Shown in pieces: positions 54,611-61,213 of a stretch of 61,213 nt of DNA. The position numbers and the translations under genes were made by a program. The first letter of the stretch is position 1. The number at the start of each line of letters is the position of its first letter. The notes under the pieces are model-generated. The model did no database searches and was not told the origin of the DNA. It saw only the letters and a program-made list of their open reading frames with translations. The stretch comes from Patescibacteria group bacterium (GTDB taxonomy: Bacteria; Patescibacteriota; Minisyncoccia; RBG-13-40-8-A): contig JAHJST010000005.1 in NCBI GenBank assembly GCA_018829905.1, positions 1 to 61,213 of the forward strand, read 5' to 3'.

Positions 54611-55165
54611 TTACATTTTGTCAAGCTTTTTTTTCAATGACTCTAATGCCCTATGAATTAACACTCTAATAGCACCTTCTGACTTATTCATTATTTCTGC
54701 TATTTCTAGTACTGAAACGTCTTCAATATAGTATAAAATCAATACATTTTGATATTCTTCTTTTAGCTTCATAATTGCATTATGAAGCTCTTCTGCTCTT
54801 TCTTTTGACTTTATTTCATCCTTTGCTGGCTCTTGTAATAAAAACTCGGCAAAATCATCATCTAAGGATATTTCTTGAGAACTTTTTCTTCTATATGAAT
54901 CAATTACTAGATTCCTGGCAATTGTATATAAAAGAGATTTAAAGCCATCTTGAATATCTTGCTTTCTTTGTAAATATTCCCAAATTCTTAAAAATGATTC
55001 AGAAGTTAAATCTTCAGCAATTGCTTGAGATTTTACTTTTATTCTAATAAATCTAAAAATCTTTGGCGCATATATATCATATAGCTCACCAAAAGAATCT
55101 TTATCTCCCCTAGTAGCACTTAATACTAGTTCTTTTTCTTTATCAATTTTTTCTATTTCTGCCAT
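54611..55165 (-). CDS. ECF-type sigma-70 family RNA polymerase sigma factor
   Basis: Region 2 (FGELYDIYAPKIFRFIRIKV...AEDLTSESFLRIW) and region 4 HTH (VLEIAEIMNKSEGAIRVLIHRALESLKK). Confidence 0.85.
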   Translation of the reverse strand: MAEIEKIDKEKELVLSATRGDKDSFGELYDIYAPKIFRFIRIKVKSQAIAEDLTSESFLRIWEYLQRKQDIQDGFKSLLYTIARNLVIDSYRRKSSQEISLDDDFAEFLLQEPAKDEIKSKERAEELHNAIMKLKEEYQNVLILYYIEDVSVLEIAEIMNKSEGAIRVLIHRALESLKKKLDKM

Positions 55166-55187
55166 ATATATAATATATCATAGATAT

Positions 55188-55223
55188 AAAAAAAGGGGCA
55201 ATGCTTTTTTAAAGCACTACCCC
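55188..55223 (-). terminator. intrinsic terminator 23 nt upstream of the sigma ATG
   Basis: Minus strand GGGG-UA-GUGCUUU-AAA-AAAGCAU-UG-CCCC followed by U7. Confidence 0.6.
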
Positions 55224-55231
55224 GGATTATG

Positions 55232-55573
55232 CTACATTTTTGTAGCAATTCTAACCAATTCTTTTATAGAGGTTGGTTCGGGTTCCTCTATTTTCTCCCT
55301 TTCTTTTTCTTTAAATATGGTTTCTCCCTGGACCCAAACCACGCTACCCCTGAGCATGATTCCTCCACCAGAAGAAAGAATGTTTGTCAGTCCGGACATG
55401 GTTGAACAACATGTTGCCCTATCCAGAATGATGCCCCTTATTTCATTTTCCAGATTATCTGGAAAATAACCATTTGGGGATCTCACTTCTGTTTCAACCA
55501 ATGCCTGAACACTTTGACCAGAGTAACTCCTAAAAGGAAGCTCGATCGAGAAATTCACTGATTTTAGTTCCAA
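55232..55573 (-). CDS. hypothetical protein (113 aa, TTG start)
   Basis: GAGGAGAGGA lies 4-5 nt upstream of TTG at 55573. G+C is above background. No motif recognised. Confidence 0.55.
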   Translation of the reverse strand: MELKSVNFSIELPFRSYSGQSVQALVETEVRSPNGYFPDNLENEIRGIILDRATCCSTMSGLTNILSSGGGIMLRGSVVWVQGETIFKEKEREKIEEPEPTSIKELVRIATKM

Positions 55574-55624
55574 TTTCCTCTCCTCTTTTAAAGAATTAAT
55601 TTCTCATTTACTGAGATTAATATA

Positions 55625-55653
55625 ATACTATCATAAAAATTATAAAAAGTCAA
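55625..55653 (-). promoter_or_regulatory. sigma70-type promoter of the 113-aa gene
   Basis: Minus strand TTGACT (55653-55648), N17, TAGTAT (55630-55625). A TTTTCCACA (relaxed DnaA-box-like) sequence abuts the -35. Confidence 0.45.
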
Positions 55654-55658
55654 CTGTG

Positions 55659-55686
55659 GAAAAGTCCCCAACCTATGTTGGGGACT
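55659..55686 (-). terminator. hairpin overlapping the stop codon of the SDR-like gene
   Basis: Minus strand AGUCCCCAAC-AUAG-GUUGGGGACU followed by only UUUU. Confidence 0.4.
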
Positions 55687-56593
55687 ATTTGTTGTCTTTG
55701 TACTCCGAAAGTATTTTGGGAACCAAAAACTTTGTTCTTTGCCATTTTAAACCAGATTCTTCAAATACTTTTTTAATTTTTTCACAATTCAGCACAATGC
55801 TTGGCCTTATTGCCTTAATTAATCCTTTTTGAATTAATTCTTCTTGGGTTGTAAGATTAAACTTTTTATGATCAGAATCAACGTGACATCTATACATTTC
55901 CATTAATTCAAAAGGAGAAATAGGTCCTGGACTTACAATATTGAATATTCCTCTTCTTCTCTGTCTAATTAACAATTTAAGAGCCTCTAAAAACTTACTG
56001 ATAATTGTTATTGAGCTTCTGTCGCCGACTAAAAGTTTTGAAAATTTTAACTTATCAATAAGGTTTTTTTCTGAATTAGGAACAGAATGAATTGGCATAT
56101 TCAATCTTAAAATCAAGAAAGTTCTTTTCTTAGACCTATAATCTTTTATAATTCGTTCTGCCTCCAATTTGCTACGACTATAAATCGACAATGGTCTTTT
56201 TGTAATTGGATCATTCTCTTTAAAACCAATTTTTTTTGGTTTCATTGCTTCGAAAATATAAGCTGTTGAAAGAAAAATAACATGAATATTCTTTTCTGGA
56301 CATGCTTTCATAATATTATACACACCAGCAACATTAACTGCATCTGTTTCTGCTTTATTTCTTTCGCACCAATCAACATTAAATCTTCCATTCTTATTAA
56401 TACCACCTGTTATAGCAGAGGCAATAACAACAATACGAGGATTTTCTTTAATAATTATATTTTCTACTTGTTGAATATCTCTAATATCACAATCTACAAT
56501 TTTAATATTCCAGATTTCTTTTAAATAATCATGCATTATTCTAGCCAACCAACTTATTTTTCCTTGAAAAGAGCCGAAAATTATAATTTTCAT
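55685..56593 (-). CDS. RmlD/epimerase-like extended-SDR protein with a degenerate glycine-rich loop
   Basis: YSRSK (YXXXK) is present. The N-terminus reads IIIFGSFQGKIS rather than GXXGXXG. Start at ATG 56593, which has AGGAGG 5 nt upstream; the track GTG at 56599 overlaps that SD. Confidence 0.5.
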   Translation of the reverse strand: MKIIIFGSFQGKISWLARIMHDYLKEIWNIKIVDCDIRDIQQVENIIIKENPRIVVIASAITGGINKNGRFNVDWCERNKAETDAVNVAGVYNIMKACPEKNIHVIFLSTAYIFEAMKPKKIGFKENDPITKRPLSIYSRSKLEAERIIKDYRSKKRTFLILRLNMPIHSVPNSEKNLIDKLKFSKLLVGDRSSITIISKFLEALKLLIRQRRRGIFNIVSPGPISPFELMEMYRCHVDSDHKKFNLTTQEELIQKGLIKAIRPSIVLNCEKIKKVFEESGLKWQRTKFLVPKILSEYKDNK

Positions 56594-56645
56594 ATTCACC
56601 TCCTGAATAATAATGTATCATGATTAAATATTATTGTAAATGAAA

Positions 56646-56667
56646 GGGACTGAAATTATTTCAGTCC
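56646..56667 (-). terminator. hairpin after the 58-aa ORF
   Basis: GGACUGAAA-UAA-UUUCAGUCC followed by an interrupted U-run. Confidence 0.4.
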
Positions 56668-56675
56668 ATCTAATT

Positions 56676-56852
56676 TTACGAAATTTGATTTATTTTTTTA
56701 GTCTTTTGATCCCAAAAAAGAGTATGTAAAAACCCATGGTTTCTTTTTTGGAATACTGCATCTCCATACCCCCAATTATCAGCTATTTTTTCCCAACCTG
56801 CATCTAAAAACTCTTTTTCATCCTGAACAACTTGACCAACTTCAAATTCCAT
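56676..56852 (-). CDS. 58-aa soluble ORF not in the supplied track
   Basis: Hand translation: MEFEVGQVVQDEKEFLDAGWEKIADNWGYGDAVFQKRNHGFLHTLFWDQKTKKINQIS. AAAGGA lies 7 nt upstream. A TTGATA-N17-TATTCT element lies upstream and a hairpin downstream. Confidence 0.4.
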   Translation of the reverse strand: MEFEVGQVVQDEKEFLDAGWEKIADNWGYGDAVFQKRNHGFLHTLFWDQKTKKINQIS

Positions 56853-56915
56853 TATTTATCCTTTCATTTTTATTAAATGTACCAATAAAAAGAATAACAG
56901 AAATATATAAAAATA

Positions 56916-57104
56916 TCAATAAAAAAAAGGCCCGACAAAAGCCGGGCCGATTCCTCCGATCTGTAATTCTTGTAACTGCCTTTGCATGTTTGGGTAAACC
57001 ACGAATGCACAAACAAAAGCAGCAATGACAATGATAACGAGCACCCAAAAAAGAATTTGTTCATTGCTCATCTCACTTGTCTTATTCATCTTCTTCATCT
57101 TCAT
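56916..57104 (-). CDS. 62-aa single-pass membrane protein
   Basis: GGAGGTGA lies 4 nt upstream of the ATG. TM helix ILFWVLVIIVIAAFVCAFVVY. Chosen over two overlapping frames that lack RBS and TM logic. Confidence 0.55.
   Translation of the reverse strand: MKMKKMNKTSEMSNEQILFWVLVIIVIAAFVCAFVVYPNMQRQLQELQIGGIGPAFVGPFFY
56921..56948 (-). terminator. strong intrinsic terminator (inside the last 12 codons of the 62-aa ORF)
   Basis: Minus strand GGCCCGGC-UUUU-GUCGGGCC followed by U8. The G-U wobble exists only in the minus-strand RNA (A-C mismatch on plus). Confidence 0.7.
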
Positions 57105-57130
57105 TTTATCACCTCCATAATCATATGTCT

Positions 57131-57160
57131 ATTATATCATATAAGAATATGTTTTGTCAA
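57131..57160 (-). promoter_or_regulatory. consensus sigma70 promoter with extended -10 for the 62-aa gene
   Basis: Minus strand TTGACA (57160-57155), N18 ending in TGA, TATAAT (57136-57131). Confidence 0.6.
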
Positions 57161-57163
57161 TAC

Positions 57164-60100
57164 CTATGGATCATAATCAACATCTAGTTCTTGCACAACA
57201 GCGCTTGCATCAATAACAACTGGATTTGTATCATCTGCATAATATATAAATACATGATCTAATATTCCAGTACTATTTACATCAAATTTAATATTTTTCC
57301 AATCATTGTCGTTTGGAGACGTAGCACTAGAATCATTGTTAGTATCTCCACCAAATGAATCATCTTTAAATGAGGTAAATACTATTTCACTACTAGAAGC
57401 TGCTTGCGCTATTAATTCTCCCTGAACTAATAAAATAGAATGAATACCACCATGTCCTTTTATAACAGTATTTGGTTCTAATGTTAATATAGACCCACTA
57501 GCAACGGTTGGATAATCACCTTTACTAGAAAATAAAACATATACTAAATCATTATTCCATGTTGTGTTTTGTCCAATTATATGATTTTCATGAACAACAA
57601 CCCCATTTATATTATTCCCAGACACCTGATTATTGCTAAGCTCAGGATAAGCAGTATAAATATGAATAGCTCCTTGAGAATAACTTGTCCCATTGTTTTC
57701 AAAAGAATTATTCTTAATCTGTGGACTAGCGCTATTATTAATTTCTAAACCATATTCAGAATTATCTTTTATTATACAATTATCAATTGTAGGAGAACCT
57801 CCTTGAATTAAAATTCCAATCTTAGAATCTTTAATTTCTGAATCTTCAATTACTGAATTAGAATTTATTAAATTTAATGCTCTGCTTTCACTTTTTTCCA
57901 TTAAAACATCTTTCATTGTTATTGTCCCAGAATCAACTTTTACCATTTCAGAATATAGTTTATTTAAACCAACTCTATCTCCACCATATCTAAAAATTAC
58001 ATTTTCAAAAACAGCTGTTCCACTTATTATCATATCCATCCAGTCTCCTTGAGCTGCTCCTCCAGCACCGCCATAATCAGAATCTTTAATAGATGTAAAA
58101 ACTATTTTTTCTAAAGATGTTCCTTGAGCATCTAATTCTCCTTTAATTTCAAGAAATGTATAATGCCCACCCCTTGGCATTATTACTACACCAGGTTCAA
58201 TAGTTAAAGTAGCTCCTGATTCTACTATTGGCCATTGATTTGAATTAGCTGTAATCCAATATGGAGAACCAGCTATTGTCCATGTTGTATCTGAAGAAAT
58301 AACTAAATTATCTGGAATATCTGTCCCAGGTATTTTTTCTTCTAAATTAGAATTTATTGGTGTAGGGATCTTTTTATACTCAAAATCCGAATTATTATTA
58401 TCAGTATCTTGAAAACTCTTTCTTTGAATAGATTTGTCTATACCAATTGTATCTTGAAATTCTGTTCCTTCTTTTACATTATTAACACTAGCCCAAGCAA
58501 CAACATCAATAACACCATTTCTGGCCTCTTCAATTGTTTTTAATGATGGATCAAATGGGAATATGGCAATGGAACCATTGGAATTACTTAATTGATTAGT
58601 AGAATAAGGTTGCCAATCAGCATCAGGATTACCACTAGACTCTACATAACCTGATAATCCTATTAAATAATATCCTCCACTTGAAATAGAAGCGTTTGAA
58701 GGAAATTGTTGATTTCTATGTGGATCATTCCAATCTTTAGATTCAGAATAATATGCAAAAGAATAACTAGCTAAATTAATATCTGAACTTGTTGGATTAT
58801 ATAACTCAATAAATTCATTATTTCTTATTTGAACCTCGTTTATTATTAAATATGAAGTAGATTGTTGAGAATTATTATTTTCTGAAACAGGTTCAACATT
58901 AGAACCACCACTTTCTCCTGTTTTTTCAGCTTTTATTACTTCAAAATCATTATTTTGTTCTTGAACAACTATTTCTTCAACAATAACTGGCTCATCCTGC
59001 GTATCTTGTTTTGGAATTATTTTCTCTATTATTTCTTCAATTTTTTGCTCAGATTCTTCTTTTTTTTCTTCTAATTTTGGTTTTTCAATAATTAATGGCT
59101 GTTCTATTTCTTGATCAATAGAATCAGAAACAGGAAAACGCATTGGACTTGTTTCAGAATAAGATGATTCAGTCTTTTCTTGTTTTTTTTCTTTTCTTAA
59201 TCCCAAAAAAATCTCTGCTTTTTGAAGCCAACTTAATTCTGGTTCTCTTAACGCTAATCTTTCTTTTTCCCATCTAGCATCAGCTAAAAATATTTCTATT
59301 GCTCTTGCTCCATATAAAACAGCTTTTGGTGCTAGACGTTGCCAGTAACCTTTGTGAATGTTTGGATCATTTTCCTCAATAAGATAAACTGATTCTTTTT
59401 GTCCAGAAGAAATCTCTAACCAATTTGACTTATAGTGACTTTTAAAAGCCAGTCTAAAAAGTTTTCCATTTTCGTCTTCACCCCATAAATAAGTCCTTTG
59501 TCTTATTGGCCCAAAATCTTCTGCTTTTTCCCTAACTATTTCTGGAAATTCATAATCTTTAGATTCAATAGTATCTTTGCTAAAAAAATATCCATTACTA
59601 TACCTTGCCAAAGCACTAAGAATATCGCCTATGTTATATAAATAACGAGCACTACGATTACCTCTATATAAATCATCAGCAAAATCATAATCTTCTTGTT
59701 TTAAATTATCATGAATCCAACTCTCATAAGGATCACCAGTAATATGATGATCATTTCTAGAATGAGCAGGAACAGTCATATCTTCTACTAAATGTAAAAT
59801 ATGACCCAAACCATAAAAAGCCTCATCATTATTGTTATTAGCATAATAGTTCAAACTAGCCTGCCAAGAATAATCACCATGATGAATAAATGTTCCTTTA
59901 AACATTTCTTCAACAGCAGCTATTTTTAATACACCTGGTCTTTGAACACCATAATCAGTTGCCCATGTTTTAGCAGTATAAAGATTAAAAGGAGCTCTGT
60001 TATATATTGGATCATATAAATGAAAAGCTTGTCTTGGCAAAGTATCTTCATCCATACTACCCTTTAAAATTAATTCTATTTGATCTTTGGTTAAATCTGG

Positions 60101-60259
60101 ATCATTTTTTAAATTATATAACTTTATCATTTCCTGAGTTAAAGAATAATGAGTATCTTTGGAATATAAAAAGGCTTTATTAGAATTTAAAATAAAGCCT
60201 AAAATAACTAAACTTACTACACTTATTATTAAAAACACCTTTCTTCTTTTAAAAGACAT
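57164..60259 (-). CDS. 1031-aa surface protein: Zn-dependent phospholipase C / P1-nuclease-like domain + lamin-tail domain + two parallel beta-helix modules
   Basis: N-terminal anchor or signal. HILHLVEDMTVPAH fits the H-x3-D-x5-H metal motif of the PLC/P1 superfamily. There is a Glu/Lys-rich linker. LIINEVQIRNNEFIELYNP is LTD-like. Two related blocks follow (...LTIEPGVVIMPRGG.../...LTLEPNTVIKGHGG...) with NN-rich beta-helix turns. Confidence 0.65.
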   Translation of the reverse strand: MSFKRRKVFLIISVVSLVILGFILNSNKAFLYSKDTHYSLTQEMIKLYNLKNDPDLTKDQIELILKGSMDEDTLPRQAFHLYDPIYNRAPFNLYTAKTWATDYGVQRPGVLKIAAVEEMFKGTFIHHGDYSWQASLNYYANNNNDEAFYGLGHILHLVEDMTVPAHSRNDHHITGDPYESWIHDNLKQEDYDFADDLYRGNRSARYLYNIGDILSALARYSNGYFFSKDTIESKDYEFPEIVREKAEDFGPIRQRTYLWGEDENGKLFRLAFKSHYKSNWLEISSGQKESVYLIEENDPNIHKGYWQRLAPKAVLYGARAIEIFLADARWEKERLALREPELSWLQKAEIFLGLRKEKKQEKTESSYSETSPMRFPVSDSIDQEIEQPLIIEKPKLEEKKEESEQKIEEIIEKIIPKQDTQDEPVIVEEIVVQEQNNDFEVIKAEKTGESGGSNVEPVSENNNSQQSTSYLIINEVQIRNNEFIELYNPTSSDINLASYSFAYYSESKDWNDPHRNQQFPSNASISSGGYYLIGLSGYVESSGNPDADWQPYSTNQLSNSNGSIAIFPFDPSLKTIEEARNGVIDVVAWASVNNVKEGTEFQDTIGIDKSIQRKSFQDTDNNNSDFEYKKIPTPINSNLEEKIPGTDIPDNLVISSDTTWTIAGSPYWITANSNQWPIVESGATLTIEPGVVIMPRGGHYTFLEIKGELDAQGTSLEKIVFTSIKDSDYGGAGGAAQGDWMDMIISGTAVFENVIFRYGGDRVGLNKLYSEMVKVDSGTITMKDVLMEKSESRALNLINSNSVIEDSEIKDSKIGILIQGGSPTIDNCIIKDNSEYGLEINNSASPQIKNNSFENNGTSYSQGAIHIYTAYPELSNNQVSGNNINGVVVHENHIIGQNTTWNNDLVYVLFSSKGDYPTVASGSILTLEPNTVIKGHGGIHSILLVQGELIAQAASSSEIVFTSFKDDSFGGDTNNDSSATSPNDNDWKNIKFDVNSTGILDHVFIYYADDTNPVVIDASAVVQELDVDYDP

Positions 60260-60291
60260 GATTTAAAAAATATTTATTTATATTAAAATTT

Positions 60292-60843
60292 CTAATATAT
60301 ACCATCTATCTCCCAAATCCCATATCTATTCTTTGTAAAAATAATTGTATGTGCTTCTCTGGTTGGATCATCTTTTAAAGAATAATAATAAGAAGACATA
60401 CTCATGGCATCTAAATTTCTGTCGGTATCTTCTAATTCTTCAGGCAAATCATTAATCATCTCTTGTAAAAATCCTTTTTCCTTTATTTCATTCAACGCAG
60501 CTTCCCATTCTATTTGTTGCTCTTCAACAAAACATTCAGCAGCTTTTTTAAAATCTTCTTTAACCAATGCTTGATAAAATTTATCATAAGTCTCTTCTGG
60601 TCTAATCTTTGTAGGAATATTACTATATAAATCTTCTGGAAATTTTCCTATTTCAATTAATTCTTGTTCTGTATATAGTCTATAGGGAAATTTATCACTA
60701 GCTAGTCCTTGCTCAACATATACTCTTCTATATTTCCACCATTCATTTATTTCAATACTAACCCAATATATTAAAACGATTAGAATCATTAAGAAAATAA
60801 TAATTCCAATCATTTTTTTATTTTTGTTTTTTTTCTGTTCCAT
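60292..60843 (-). CDS. membrane-anchored hypothetical protein (183 aa)
   Basis: N-terminal Lys-rich segment plus one TM helix (MIGIIIFLMILIVLIYWV), then an acidic soluble domain. Confidence 0.5.
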   Translation of the reverse strand: MEQKKNKNKKMIGIIIFLMILIVLIYWVSIEINEWWKYRRVYVEQGLASDKFPYRLYTEQELIEIGKFPEDLYSNIPTKIRPEETYDKFYQALVKEDFKKAAECFVEEQQIEWEAALNEIKEKGFLQEMINDLPEELEDTDRNLDAMSMSSYYYSLKDDPTREAHTIIFTKNRYGIWEIDGIY

Positions 60844-60881
60844 GTGTTTTATAAAAATATTAATTTTTTAGAAAACATATT

Positions 60882-61213
60882 TTAAGGCCTTACCTCTCTC
60901 CACAAAGGTATGGGAAAGCTAATTTTAATAGTATCTGAATAAGAGCAAGTATAATTATCTGAATCAGTAACTTGTAATATAACTACTTTAGGACCAGAAG
61001 AATCAAAACTAGTTATTGGATTCTGTTCTGATGATGTTCCAGCTGTTTCAAATGTCCAAAACCATAAACTTGCTGTAGAACCACCATAATATATTGTTTC
61101 ATCTGTAAATTGTACGTCTTCATCTGGTACTGGACTATTTGGTACATGACTAAACCCAGGATCAGGATATGCATGTAATGGTGTTAAATAACTACAAGAA
61201 GATGACCATGATG
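60882..61213 (-). CDS. C-terminal fragment of a PKD-domain protein (5' end beyond the window)
   Basis: Hand translation: ...VQFTDETIYYGGSTASLWFWTFETAGTSSEQNPITSFDSSGPKVVILQVTDSDNYTCSYSDTIKISFPIPLWREVRP, stop TAA at 60884-60882. The pattern is PKD-like. Confidence 0.5.
   Translation of the reverse strand, partial: SWSSSCSYLTPLHAYPDPGFSHVPNSPVPDEDVQFTDETIYYGGSTASLWFWTFETAGTSSEQNPITSFDSSGPKVVILQVTDSDNYTCSYSDTIKISFPIPLWREVRP

Noticed and set aside
56842-57064. Two alternative overlapping ORFs (56842..57048, 56873..57064)
   Set aside because: They have no RBS and odd composition, and they run through the terminator and beyond it. The 56916..57104 frame has a perfect SD and a TM helix.
1-61213. 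Alternative genetic code (TGA recoding), prophage or mobile-element content
   Set aside because: TGA cleanly terminates well-defined genes (the peptide, the rSAM gene, the hydrolase). No integrase, transposase, terminal inverted repeats or tRNA attachment sites were seen.

Overview
This is a very AT-rich, gene-dense bacterial window (roughly a quarter G+C by eye). It uses the standard code: TGA, TAA and TAG all end well-supported genes. The gene content looks like an uncultivated small-genome lineage (CPR/Patescibacteria-like), which is an inference. Layout: (1) 0.4-3.0 kb holds a compact minus-strand operon with an unannotated 54-aa Cys-rich peptide, a radical SAM/SPASM enzyme and a truncated TyrRS-like class I aaRS paralog. 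This is my top candidate for an undescribed system. (2) 3-9.6 kb holds a Wzy_C/TPR membrane protein, small housekeeping-type genes and three promoter-to-terminator ncRNA candidates, one of them about 215 nt and about 52% GC. (3) 9.6-47.8 kb is an approx 38-kb glycan-assembly locus. It contains an initiating phosphoglycosyltransferase, 2 GT2, 8 GT4-type, a GT-C-like protein, Wzx, a Wzy_C/TPR protein (a second paralog lies upstream at 3023..5287), an AsnB-like amidotransferase, an epimerase, a DegT-like protein, a CE4 deacetylase, a FemAB-like protein and six methyltransferases. Five paralogous B12-binding radical SAM genes are interleaved in it, and two secreted-protein genes are embedded in it. 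(4) 48-55 kb holds an ECF sigma, an anti-sigma-like protein, a 1217-aa surface protein and a beta-helix protein. Two of these share an approx 115-aa domain with a protein in the glycan locus. (5) 55-61 kb holds small genes with strong signals and a 1031-aa PLC/P1-nuclease-like + lamin-tail + beta-helix protein. I saw no rRNA, tRNA, CRISPR array, transposase or integrase. All motif calls are by eye and from memory of family signatures; no searches were run.
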